Origin: Acidimicrobiia bacterium
Lineage (GTDB): Bacteria; Actinomycetota; Acidimicrobiia; Spongiisociales; UBA4744
Length of the DNA: 64,000 nucleotides
Direction: 5' to 3'
NCBI GenBank assembly: GCA_029863625.1
Contig: JAOTUY010000001.1
Coordinates: 82,046-146,045 of the forward strand
Shown one piece after another: positions 39,248-48,819 of the stretch. Below the pieces are notes generated by a model. That model was not told where the DNA came from. It did not search any database and worked only from the letters and a program-made list of their open reading frames with translations. Numbering within the stretch: position 1 is the stretch's first letter; each line of letters starts with the position of its first letter. Position numbers and translations under genes: made by a program.

Positions 39248-40498
39248 TCAGCCGTCTCTTTCGGCCAGCTCCCGGAACTCATCCGGCACTGCGCCGGTCT
39301 CGGACAGGGCGACCGAGGCATACCCAACGGCCTTTCGTCCGAACCGATCCCGTACCCCGTCGACCGACCGGTCGAGTGCCCAGAGAGCGGCGCCGGCGAC
39401 GGTGCCCGGGCGCCGTTTCTCCTCGCCGATATCGATGGGAAGTTCGAGCTGCAATGCTGCCTCGTAGACCAGGTGCGAAACAGAGATCGCCAGAAGCGTG
39501 ATCACCCGTTCTTGCGGATGATCGTTCAAGGCCGTGGTCACGAGGGAATACGCCACCTCAGCGAGAATCGGGGTGGCCGAGATGGCCGCGGGAAGGGTGA
39601 TCGATCTGGTTACCGACTGCATTTCCGCGAAACGCACCCTGACCGTGACGGTCTTGCCCGCTCGCTCCTTGGCGCGCAAGCGGGTCGCTACCCGGTCGGC
39701 GAGATGGCGCAGCGTCATGCGGATCAGCGTGGTGGATATCGGCTTACGGCCCAGTGCCGACTGAGCGCCAACCGACCCGGCCCGGTGCGTCGTCTCGATG
39801 GCGCGGGGGTCCTGGTTCCAGGCCAGCGATCCGAGTTTGGTGCCGACGGCTCGCCCCAGCAGGTTTTCGAGTGACCGGCCGGGGGTGGCGGCGAGCTCGC
39901 CGATCGTTGTGATGCCCCGTTCGGCCAGACGGGCCTGAGTAACGGGACCGACCCCCCACATGAGACCAACCGGCAGGGGGTGAAGGAAATCCAACTCTTG
40001 CTCGGGTTCAACGACGATGTACCCGTCGGGTTTGGCCACCTGAGAGGCAATCTTGGCGAGATGCTTGGTGCGGGCGACACCCACCGACACCGGTAGCCCT
40101 GCCTCCTGACGGGTGCGTCGCCGTATCTCGATGGCCATCGACTTCGGTGAACCAAACAAATGTATGGAGCCGGCCACCTCGAGGAAGGCTTCGTCGATGG
40201 AGATTCTCTCCACCAGCGGGGTGAAGTCTCGCATGATGTCGATCACCTGATCGCCCAGGCGTTGGTATTCGGAGAAGTGACCACCAACGAATCTCAGATC
40301 GGGGCAGAGCTCACGGGCCCGGCGCCCGGCCATGCCCCCTCGGACTCCGTACTTTTTGGCTTCGTAGGAGGCGGCCAGCACTACGCCGCCCCCGACCGCG
40401 ATCGGTTTCCCGCGCAGTGACGGATCGAGGAGTTGCTCCACCGACGCATAGAAGGCGTCGAGGTCGGCGTGCAGAATGGTGGCTGCGGCCGTAGCCAT
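39248..40498 (-). CDS. dinB: DNA polymerase IV (Y-family)
   Basis: ILHADLDAFYASVEQ, SIDEAFLEV and little-finger domain. ATG at 40498. A LexA box lies 16 nt upstream. Confidence 0.85.
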   Translation of the reverse strand: MATAAATILHADLDAFYASVEQLLDPSLRGKPIAVGGGVVLAASYEAKKYGVRGGMAGRRARELCPDLRFVGGHFSEYQRLGDQVIDIMRDFTPLVERISIDEAFLEVAGSIHLFGSPKSMAIEIRRRTRQEAGLPVSVGVARTKHLAKIASQVAKPDGYIVVEPEQELDFLHPLPVGLMWGVGPVTQARLAERGITTIGELAATPGRSLENLLGRAVGTKLGSLAWNQDPRAIETTHRAGSVGAQSALGRKPISTTLIRMTLRHLADRVATRLRAKERAGKTVTVRVRFAEMQSVTRSITLPAAISATPILAEVAYSLVTTALNDHPQERVITLLAISVSHLVYEAALQLELPIDIGEEKRRPGTVAGAALWALDRSVDGVRDRFGRKAVGYASVALSETGAVPDEFRELAERDG

Positions 40499-40513
40499 AT
40501 ACGGGCATCCTAA

Positions 40514-40529
40514 TCGAACATATGTTCGA
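40514..40529. promoter_or_regulatory. LexA (SOS) box TCGAAC-ATAT-GTTCGA
   Basis: Perfect match to the mycobacterial/actinobacterial SOS-box consensus TCGAAC-N4-GTTCGA, directly upstream of dinB. Confidence 0.7.
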
Positions 40530-40973
40530 TTGCTTTGAAACCCAAGGCCGTGGTCTTGGCGTAGAGATCCCAAGCCCCGCTGGCCGAACTTGAACATTAG
40601 GACAAGGCCGACTGCCGCCGCGATCCCAAAGGTCGCTCCGGTCGTGGGAGCTCCGGCGGACACCAGGGCTGCCGCCGCCCCTCCAAAGAAGATGATCTCC
40701 ACGGCGACCCGCGCCGATTCCCCAGTCGCTTGGACGCCTTGGGGGCGATGAACCTACCCAAGATGCTGGCGGCCACAAGGGGGCGACCACACCCAGGAGG
40801 ATTCGTGTGGTCGCGTTTGGCCCGGTCTGCCAGCCCCAATAGGCCAGCCCGGCCAGCGCGCCAAGCTGGAGTAGGAATCGCAGAGCGAGGTTGATCGACT
40901 TCACAGGGAACATCGTGCCACCAGGTGTCGGGTGGGGGTTGTCGGGTGCATCTGCAGGCTGTTGTTGAACCAA

Positions 40974-41008
40974 GAATGAATGAACGTTCATAATGAACAT
41001 TCATTCAT
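40974..41008. promoter_or_regulatory. 35-bp near-perfect palindrome (AATGAACGTTCAT / AATGAACATTCAT units); putative repressor operator
   Basis: GAATGAATGAACGTTCATAATGAACATTCATTCAT seen directly. Lies 15-50 nt upstream of the SDR start at 41023. Confidence 0.5.
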
Positions 41009-41022
41009 GGAAGGACCTCATC

Positions 41023-41967
41023 ATGGCCTGGACGGCCGACGATATTCCCGATCAGACGGGACGGGTCGTGGTAGTAACCGGTGCCAATGGAGGTTTGGGT
41101 CTCGAGACGGCCCGCCAGTTAGCGCGCCACGGCGCCCTCGTCATCATGGCCGCCCGCAACCTCGAGAAGGCCCGAACTGCCGAGCAGGACATTCTCTCGG
41201 GAACCCCGGCCGCCTCTCTGGAAGTCCGATCGCTCGACTTGGCCTCACTCGACTCGGTCCGGCAGTTCGCCGGCGCGGTCACGGCGGACCATCCGGTCAT
41301 CGACATCCTGGTCAACAACGCTGGAGTGATGGCTCCTCCCCGGCGAGAGACTGCCGACGGTTTCGAGCTTCAGTTCGGTACCAACCATCTCGGCCACTTC
41401 GTCCTTACCGGCCTGCTCATGCCCGCCTTGCTCCGTTCGAAAGCGGGGCGGGTCGTGACCGTCACCAGCACCGGGCGGCACGTGGGAGGGCGCCTCAATG
41501 TCGATGATCCTCACTACAAATCGGACTATCAGCCGTGGACCTCGTACGGCCAGTCGAAGATGGCCAACTTGCACTTCGGCGTCGAGTTGAACCGCCGCTT
41601 GCAAGCCGCCGGTACTACCGTCGAGAGCCTTGTTTCCCATCCCGGCTTCTCGAATACCGACCTTCAGGCACAGAGTGTGGAGGCCACCGGCGGTGGTGTG
41701 AGCCAGCGGTTCTTCCATGTCGCGGTCGGCTGGTTCGGGATGACCCCGGCCCGGGGAGCTTTGCCACAGCTGCGGGCCGCCACCGACCCGACGGCCAAGG
41801 GTGGGGAGCTGTACACCCCTCGTTGGGCAAATCGGGGTTCGCCCGTTCGTAGACCGATCCTCGCCAGGTCCCGCAAACCCGAGGATATGCAGGCGCTCTG
41901 GGAGCTGTCCGAGCGAGAGACCGGGATCCCGTTTGATGTTGAGGGTCTTGTGAAGGGAGCCGATTGA
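41023..41967 (+). CDS. Short-chain dehydrogenase/reductase (SDR) family oxidoreductase
   Basis: VVVVTGANGGLG and NNAG match the SDR family. The second-domain YGQSK is YxxxK. Start chosen at MAWTADDIPDQTGR. Confidence 0.8.
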   Translation: MAWTADDIPDQTGRVVVVTGANGGLGLETARQLARHGALVIMAARNLEKARTAEQDILSGTPAASLEVRSLDLASLDSVRQFAGAVTADHPVIDILVNNAGVMAPPRRETADGFELQFGTNHLGHFVLTGLLMPALLRSKAGRVVTVTSTGRHVGGRLNVDDPHYKSDYQPWTSYGQSKMANLHFGVELNRRLQAAGTTVESLVSHPGFSNTDLQAQSVEATGGGVSQRFFHVAVGWFGMTPARGALPQLRAATDPTAKGGELYTPRWANRGSPVRRPILARSRKPEDMQALWELSERETGIPFDVEGLVKGAD

Positions 41968-42221
41968 GCCCGGTCACGGTACGGGTCGACCGGGCGGCCC
42001 TGGTCGGGGCATTGCTCGAACTCGTGGCCGAACGCGGGTTTCAGGTGACGTCGATGGCGGCGGTGGCCGAACGAGCCGGGGTGGCCCCCGGCGCGGCCTA
42101 TGTGCGCCACGCCTCCAAGATGAGCTTGTCTGGGCGACCTATCTGGAACAAACCGCTCCTCGTCGATCTGCCGATGCTGGTCCTGTACGACCAGGGGATC
42201 GGACCGGCTGTCAGCGTGTGA
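41964..42221 (+). pseudogene. TetR-family regulator, frameshifted and truncated (HTH domain only)
   Basis: Canonical TetR HTH FQVTSMAAVAERAGVAPGAAYVRHASK. The expected continuation DELVWATYLEQ is in the +2 frame, consistent with a 1-nt deletion at about 42119. The opposite-strand gene begins at 42261, so a full-length TetR cannot fit. Confidence 0.6.
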
Positions 42222-42260
42222 TCGACGACGGCGTGTTTAGACATCACACCCGGGCGCCCT

Positions 42261-43052
42261 TCAGATCGAAGCGGCGAGTTCGGCCACCAGGGTCGCCGCG
42301 TTGGCCACTACCGGTTCACCGTGGCCGAACACGACTGTGTCGAACCGGTAGCCCGCCAGTTTCTTCACCGAGCGATTAGCGGAATCCATGTCGGGCGAGA
42401 ATTGGGGGTTCGCTCCGATCACTCCGCCGTTCGCTCCGTTCAACGCGTCGCCGGCAATGAGCAGGCTGGCGTCGGCCGAGAGCACGCTGATGTGACCCGG
42501 TGTATGACCGGGAGTCTCGATGATTTCGAGGTCGAACACGTGGTCGCCGTCCCCAACGGACACCAGCGACCGGGGTGAGGTGATAGCGGCCAGATCCCCG
42601 GCCCCGGCGTAGCCGGTGGCGTCAACGGCGGCTGCCATGACCGCAGGCAGGCTCCCTTGATGGTCTCCGTGACGGTGGGTGAGGATCACGTGGCCGACCG
42701 CACCCCAGTCCAGGCCGAGTGATATCAGTCCTGCCTCGATATCCGGCTCGCTGTTCTCCACCCCGGTGTCGACGATGGCTGCCTCTCCGCCTCGAACCAC
42801 GATGTAGGCCGAAACAAAGCCAAGATTGACTCGCTGCCAGGCGACGCCGCTGGTGGCCGGCGGCGCTGTGGTGGTGGTTGTGTCAGGCGCAGTCGTGGTC
42901 GAGTTGGATTCCCCGGGGATCGAAGTAGCGGACGAGACGGTGTCGAGAGATTCGTCGGGGTCGGCACAGGCCGACAGCCCGAGCACCGCCAGGGCGAGCG
43001 TGCCCCGGCCGAGGTCGTAGAGGAAGCCTCGTCGACTGATGCCCGGGTGCAT
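42261..43052 (-). CDS. MBL-fold metallo-hydrolase, probable Tat-exported lipoprotein
   Basis: MHPGISRRGFLYDLGRGTLALAVLGLSAC (RR motif plus lipobox), LTHRHGDHQG. ATG at 43052 with AGGAGA Shine-Dalgarno. Confidence 0.75.
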   Translation of the reverse strand: MHPGISRRGFLYDLGRGTLALAVLGLSACADPDESLDTVSSATSIPGESNSTTTAPDTTTTTAPPATSGVAWQRVNLGFVSAYIVVRGGEAAIVDTGVENSEPDIEAGLISLGLDWGAVGHVILTHRHGDHQGSLPAVMAAAVDATGYAGAGDLAAITSPRSLVSVGDGDHVFDLEIIETPGHTPGHISVLSADASLLIAGDALNGANGGVIGANPQFSPDMDSANRSVKKLAGYRFDTVVFGHGEPVVANAATLVAELAASI

Positions 43053-43135
43053 GGTTGTCTCCTTACCTGATTGGTTTTGCCAACTTACCGGCCGTCTGGA
43101 GATAGGGACAAAGGAGCGCAACGGTGGGTCTGCCG

Positions 43136-44092
43136 CTAGGTCCAGGTCAGGCTGCTCCGCTTTGACCAATAGAGCTCGGGGCTTTCAGCCATGGCCGGAA
43201 GCTTGCCGGGCTCCACCGTGAGGGCCTCGAGGTTCGATGACAGCTGATCGACGGTGGCCGCTCCGCTGAGGACTACGTCCGCCCAGGGCTGCGCCAGAGC
43301 CGCCGCCAACGCGGCAACGTCGGGGGCTACTCCGGGTCGCCACTGGCGCAGCCTGGCAGCTGCCGTTCGGTCGCGGGTGGTGAGACGGCCGTTGGCCAAT
43401 GCCTCTTTCACGATCACACCGACACCGTCTGCGTGCGCTTTGGCGAGTATCGGTCCTGTGGAGGGTTCGAGCAGGTTCCAGGTTGCCTGAATCGTTCCGA
43501 AAAGCCGGGCGCCGTCGACCTCGATATCGATGGCGCGCCGGATTGTCTCGCTCTGCCATGGCCCGCTGGCACTCAACCCGATGATGGCACCTTCTCCGCG
43601 AATCGCTGCCAATCGTTCGAGCACGGCCCGGTCACTGAGCACGTCCAGCGTTGCGGAGTGAATCTGATACAGCTTTAGGTGAGGGCAGAGAAGACGCAAG
43701 GTCTCCTGATATTGCGAATCGAGATGTCCAACGGTGAGATCTTTGATCTCGTGGGTTTCGGCCGCAATCCGCCAACCTGCCGTATAGCGATATCCCCACT
43801 TGGAACTCACCGTAATCTCACCCGGCGCGATGTTCCGAGTTGCCAGCCAACTCGCCAGGAAGGCTTCAGCCCTTCCGTAGGAGCGGGCCGCATCGACATA
43901 ACGGATTCCCGCCTGCCGGGCCTTGTCCAGCACATCATGGGTGTGTTGTTCGAGTGCCTCGATGGTGCGCCGTCCGGCCAGGTCGACACCGTGACCGAGG
44001 TTGAGATAGCCGGGTCGACCCAGGGCAGCCAACCCGAGACCTAGCCGGGTCACCTCGAGTCCCGTTTCGCCGAGCGGCCGTGATTGCATCAC
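43136..44092 (-). CDS. Aldo/keto reductase family oxidoreductase
   Basis: LGLGLAALGRPGY..., IRYVDAARSYG, and a TIM-barrel AKR pattern. Confidence 0.8.
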   Translation of the reverse strand: MMQSRPLGETGLEVTRLGLGLAALGRPGYLNLGHGVDLAGRRTIEALEQHTHDVLDKARQAGIRYVDAARSYGRAEAFLASWLATRNIAPGEITVSSKWGYRYTAGWRIAAETHEIKDLTVGHLDSQYQETLRLLCPHLKLYQIHSATLDVLSDRAVLERLAAIRGEGAIIGLSASGPWQSETIRRAIDIEVDGARLFGTIQATWNLLEPSTGPILAKAHADGVGVIVKEALANGRLTTRDRTAAARLRQWRPGVAPDVAALAAALAQPWADVVLSGAATVDQLSSNLEALTVEPGKLPAMAESPELYWSKRSSLTWT

Positions 44093-44245
44093 CCCACTTT
44101 ACGAAGCGGACGTCAATCAGCCGGTCGACCCCAGGCCGGGTGGCCGGTGGCACCCGGGGGAAAGGCCCGTCCTCCTAGATTTGCCCTGCGTGCGCTGGTC
44201 ACCGGTGCCGGGATCGGCCATTATGGATCGCTCAATGAGCCTCAT

Positions 44246-47200
44246 ATGACTTTCACTTCGTCCGAACTCCGCGCCCGCCTCGACGGACTCGCACCGAATG
44301 ACCGGCAGCGCTTCCGGCGCCGGCTGTCCGGAGCCGATCGCCTCCCCGACCCCACCCGGCGGGAGAAGGTGCTCGCCACGATCGCCGGGGAGATCGACGC
44401 CGCTCGTCAGAGACTCGAGCGACGCCGGGCAGCAGCGCCGACGAGGCTCGCCTACCCGGCCGAGTTGCCGATCACCGAACGCAGGCAGGAGTTGCTCGAA
44501 ACCATCCGGCGTCATCAGGTAGTGATCGTTGCGGGCGAGACCGGCTCGGGGAAAAGCACCCAGCTGCCAAAGCTCTGTCTCGAATTAGGTCGCGGTGTGG
44601 AAGGGATGATCGGTCACACCCAACCCCGGCGGATCGCAGCTCGGTCGATTGCCGAGCGGGTGGCCGAGGAACTCGCCACCACCGTCGGTGGGCTGGTCGG
44701 CTACTCGGTTCGGTTCTCCGATCAGATCGGCGAAACCACCCTGATCAGACTGATGACCGACGGCATCCTGCTGGCAGAAATCCACCGGGATCGGCGTCTG
44801 AGCCGTTACGACACGATCATCATCGATGAAGCCCACGAACGCAGTCTCAACATCGATTTCCTGCTTGGCCACTTGAAGACGCTGCTACCCCGTCGCCCCG
44901 ATCTCAAAGTCATCATCACGTCGGCCACGATTGACACCGAGCGGTTCTCTGAGCATTTCCAGAATGCCCCGGTCGTCGAAGTGTCGGGCCGCACCTACCC
45001 GGTCGAAGTGCGGTATCGGCCTCTCGATGACCCCGCCGAGCCCGAACCGCGCGACCAGCCGCAGGGCATCTGCGATGCGGTGGTTGAGCTCTTCGGGGAG
45101 GGGTCGGGCGACATCCTGGTGTTCTGCTCGGGGGAGCGGGAGATCCGAGACGCGGCCGACGCCCTGGCCGAGCTCGACCTGACCCACACCCAGGTGCTGC
45201 CACTGTATGGTCGGCTCTCTGCCGCGGAACAACACCGGATCTTCCAGTCGCACCGGGGCAGAAGGGTGGTGCTCGCAACCAACGTGGCCGAAACCTCCCT
45301 CACGGTGCCCGGCATCCGCTACGTCGTAGATTCAGGAACTGCCCGAATCTCACGGTACAGCAAGAGAACCAAAGTCCAGCGCTTGCCGATCGAGCCGGTG
45401 TCCAGGGCCTCAGCCGACCAGAGGGCCGGCCGGTGCGGGCGTCTCGGCCCGGGCGTGTGTATTCGTCTGTACAGCGAGGACGACTACAACGCCCGCCCCG
45501 AGTTCACCGAACCGGAGATTCGGCGCACCAACCTGGCCGCCGTGATCCTGCAAATGCTTGCCCGGGACCTGGGCGATATCGAGACTTTCCCGTTCCTCGA
45601 TCCGCCCGACGCCCGCACGATTCGAGATGGGATCGCCTTGCTGGCCGAGTTGGGAGCTGTGCAGCCGGAGCAGCAGAGATCCGGGAAATGGCTGACCAGG
45701 GTGGGCAGGCAGATCGCCGAGTTCCCGCTCGATCTTCGGCTGGCCCGCATGATTATCGAAGCCGATCGCAACGGTTGCCTCACCGAGATTCTCATCATCG
45801 CCGCAGCGTTGGCCATTCAGGATCCGCGTGAGCGTCCCCTCGAGAAACGGCAGCACGCCGACCAACAGCACACTCGCTTTCGTGACGCAGATTCGGACTT
45901 CCTGAGCTGGCTGCGTCTCTGGGAGTACCTGGGCGACGAGCGACGGGCCCGGACCTCGAACCAGTTCCGGCGGATGTGCCGGGACGAGTTCCTCAACTAC
46001 CGGCGGGTGCGAGAATGGCAAGACGTCCATGCGCAGCTGCGCGACGTGGCGGATGAGCAGGGCTTCACGGTGAATCGCCGGCCGGCGGCCCCGGATATCA
46101 TTCACCGCTCCCTTCTGGCCGGCCTTTTGTCAAATATCGGTCATAGAGACCCGAATGGTTTCGAATACCGCGCTGGACGGGGCGCTCGCTTCTCCATCAA
46201 CCCCGGCTCAACCCTGTTCAAGCGGTCCCCTGAGTGGGTGATGGCGGCCGCACTGGTGGACACGAGCCGGTTGTGGGCCAGGGGAGTCGCCGCGATCGAT
46301 CCGGAATGGGTCGAAGAGGTGGGTGCCCACCTGGTCAAACGTTCGTACTCAGACCCCTGGTGGGACCCGGCTCGAGGCGCGGCCATGGCCCGGGAGACGG
46401 TCACCCTTTTCGGCCTGCCTCTCCAGACCGATCGCACTATCCAATACGAACCCGTCGACCCGGCCGGAGCGAGAGAACTCTTCATACTCAACGCCCTCGT
46501 AGCCGGCGAATGGGAAACCGATCACCGATTCATTCGGCACAACCGGTCTCTCATCGCTGAAGTTCATGCCCTCGAGGCACGCCGGCGGCGCGCCGATTTG
46601 CTGGTCGATGACGAGGTCATCTACCACTTCTTCGATCAGCGGATTCCTGGGGACACGACGTCGGTGCGCCATTTCGATAGCTGGTGGAAAGAGGCTCGCC
46701 GTCTGGATCCTCATCAGCTCGACCTCAATCTCGACCTGCTCATCGATTCGGCCACGGGTCCGGTCGACGAGTCGGCCTTCCCGGAAGTGTGGGCTCACGG
46801 GGATTTGGCGCTTCCCATCACTTACGAGTTCGATCCGGGCAGCCCCACCGACGGGATCACCGTCGACATTCCGATTCAGGATCTCGACCGGGTCGATCCG
46901 GCTGTATTCGAGTGGCATGTGCCGGGTGTGCGCGAAGAGCTGGTCACGGCGCTGATCCGGTCGCTGCCCAAGCAGCTAAGGAAACGGTTCTCACCCGTTC
47001 CCAATACGGTTCGACTGCTGATGGAAGATCTCGATCCAGACGACGGGGGACTCCTCAGCTACCTGCGGCGAGACCTCGCTCGAATCGGCGGTATTCCGGT
47101 TCCGGCCGACGCGTTCGACTTCACCCTTCTCCCGTCCTATCTTCAGCCGACCTTTCGAATAGTGGACGGCGAGGGCCACGTCCTCGCCGAGGGCGGCAAT

Positions 47201-48124
47201 TTGGCCGCTCTCAAGACGGACTTGCGGGAGGAAGCCAGAGCGACGGTAACGGCCTCCGGCCACGAACTCGAGCAAACCGGTTTGACCGCCTGGAGTATTG
47301 GCGAACTTCCCCAGGTTGTGGAGATCAGCGGAACAACCCACTCTGTCAAGACATATCCGGCCGTGATCGACGAAGGAACCTCCGTGGGCGTCCGGCTCTT
47401 GGCCACCCCTGGAGAGCAGGCAGACGCCATGTGGGCCGGAATCCGCCGCCTCCTCTTGTTGAATCTGCCATCGGCCGGGCGCCTGCTCCGGCCATTGCTA
47501 ACCAGCCAGGCGACCGCCGCGGTCAAGGGCGGTCCCTACGACACACCGGCGGAGTGGGCGCAGGATTGCCTCACCTGTGCGATCGATCGGATCATGGGAA
47601 AGGTGGGCGCTCAGATTTGGGACGGGGTGGCCTTCGAAGGTTTGCTGGCTGAAACCCGCGACCAACTCGACGGCCGACTCACCGGGGTGGCCGAAGCGTC
47701 GCTGCAGATCCTGAGCACCCTCCTATCCGTCCGGGTGGCGCTAGCCCGAGTCTCCAGCCCCTTTGAGAGCACCGTCGCCGATATCGAGGATCAACTCGAT
47801 CGGCTGATTTATCCTGGATTTGTGGCGGGGATCGGGGCCGAACGCCTGTCCGACCTGAACCGGTATCTCCAAGCCATTGAGCGCCGGCTCGAACAGCTAC
47901 CGGAGAGCGCCGAACGCGACCGACGGAGGATGGCATCGGTACAGAAACTGGAGGATCAGCATGATCGGCTGCGGGAAGCGCGGCCGGATTCAGCGTCGGT
48001 ATTGGAGATCGCCTGGATGTTGCAGGAACTGCGGGTCAGTCTCTTTGCCCAAGCCCTCGGCACTCGCGGCAAGGTCAGCGAGAAACGAATCGCCCAGGCG
48101 TTGGCCGATGCACTGGCCGGGTGA
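44246..48124 (+). CDS. hrpA: ATP-dependent RNA helicase HrpA (DEAH-box)
   Basis: Walker A GETGSGKSTQLPK, DEAHER, HA2/OB and C-terminal HrpA domain. 1292 aa from the ATG at 44246. Confidence 0.85.
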   Translation: MTFTSSELRARLDGLAPNDRQRFRRRLSGADRLPDPTRREKVLATIAGEIDAARQRLERRRAAAPTRLAYPAELPITERRQELLETIRRHQVVIVAGETGSGKSTQLPKLCLELGRGVEGMIGHTQPRRIAARSIAERVAEELATTVGGLVGYSVRFSDQIGETTLIRLMTDGILLAEIHRDRRLSRYDTIIIDEAHERSLNIDFLLGHLKTLLPRRPDLKVIITSATIDTERFSEHFQNAPVVEVSGRTYPVEVRYRPLDDPAEPEPRDQPQGICDAVVELFGEGSGDILVFCSGEREIRDAADALAELDLTHTQVLPLYGRLSAAEQHRIFQSHRGRRVVLATNVAETSLTVPGIRYVVDSGTARISRYSKRTKVQRLPIEPVSRASADQRAGRCGRLGPGVCIRLYSEDDYNARPEFTEPEIRRTNLAAVILQMLARDLGDIETFPFLDPPDARTIRDGIALLAELGAVQPEQQRSGKWLTRVGRQIAEFPLDLRLARMIIEADRNGCLTEILIIAAALAIQDPRERPLEKRQHADQQHTRFRDADSDFLSWLRLWEYLGDERRARTSNQFRRMCRDEFLNYRRVREWQDVHAQLRDVADEQGFTVNRRPAAPDIIHRSLLAGLLSNIGHRDPNGFEYRAGRGARFSINPGSTLFKRSPEWVMAAALVDTSRLWARGVAAIDPEWVEEVGAHLVKRSYSDPWWDPARGAAMARETVTLFGLPLQTDRTIQYEPVDPAGARELFILNALVAGEWETDHRFIRHNRSLIAEVHALEARRRRADLLVDDEVIYHFFDQRIPGDTTSVRHFDSWWKEARRLDPHQLDLNLDLLIDSATGPVDESAFPEVWAHGDLALPITYEFDPGSPTDGITVDIPIQDLDRVDPAVFEWHVPGVREELVTALIRSLPKQLRKRFSPVPNTVRLLMEDLDPDDGGLLSYLRRDLARIGGIPVPADAFDFTLLPSYLQPTFRIVDGEGHVLAEGGNLAALKTDLREEARATVTASGHELEQTGLTAWSIGELPQVVEISGTTHSVKTYPAVIDEGTSVGVRLLATPGEQADAMWAGIRRLLLLNLPSAGRLLRPLLTSQATAAVKGGPYDTPAEWAQDCLTCAIDRIMGKVGAQIWDGVAFEGLLAETRDQLDGRLTGVAEASLQILSTLLSVRVALARVSSPFESTVADIEDQLDRLIYPGFVAGIGAERLSDLNRYLQAIERRLEQLPESAERDRRRMASVQKLEDQHDRLREARPDSASVLEIAWMLQELRVSLFAQALGTRGKVSEKRIAQALADALAG

Positions 48125-48277
48125 ATGGCGCAGCTATGGCGTGACCGAACCACCCGGCCATCGCAGCAATGTCGTCCCGGCGAAAAGCTATGGTCGTTCC
48201 CGGGCGGCAAATCAACTGCGCCGACCGGCCGTTTCACACGAGCGCGGGAGAGGTGCCCGCAGTTAGGGTGTTCCTTC

Positions 48278-48751
48278 ATGAGACCGAGTTGGGACGAGTA
48301 TTTCCTGGAGTTAGTCGATCAGATTGGATCCAGAGCGACTTGTGATCGCGGCAAGAGCGGCTGCACGGTCGTCCGTGAGAAGCGGATCATTTGCACCGGA
48401 TACGTGGGCTCCCCGTCCGGAATGCCCCACTGTGACGAGGCCGGGCACGAATTCAAGCAGGTGATCGATGAGGACGGAACCACCCGCCGGCACTGCGTTC
48501 GGACCGTCCATGCCGAGCAGAACGCCATCTGCCAGGCAGCCCGCTACGGGCTGTCGCTGGAGGGGACCACTCTCTATTGCTCGATGGAGCCGTGCCGGGT
48601 GTGCGCCATGCTGATTGCCAGCAGCGGCATCTCGAGGGTGGTGGCCCGACGTCGCTATCACGCCGGCCAGGACAGCCGCCGCATCCTCTCGCAGGCAGGC
48701 GTGACCCTCGATGTGATCGAGGACACGGTCGAGGGTTACGAAGGGCAATAG
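48278..48751 (+). CDS. dCMP deaminase (ComEB-type cytidine/deoxycytidylate deaminase)
   Basis: HAEQNAI and PCRVCA zinc-binding motifs. Confidence 0.8.
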   Translation: MRPSWDEYFLELVDQIGSRATCDRGKSGCTVVREKRIICTGYVGSPSGMPHCDEAGHEFKQVIDEDGTTRRHCVRTVHAEQNAICQAARYGLSLEGTTLYCSMEPCRVCAMLIASSGISRVVARRRYHAGQDSRRILSQAGVTLDVIEDTVEGYEGQ

Positions 48752-48819
48752 CCGAATGGGACCCTGCATCCCGCGCACCAGATCAATTTCGGTCAGGGAA
48801 CCCGTTCGCAGGGGGCCCA

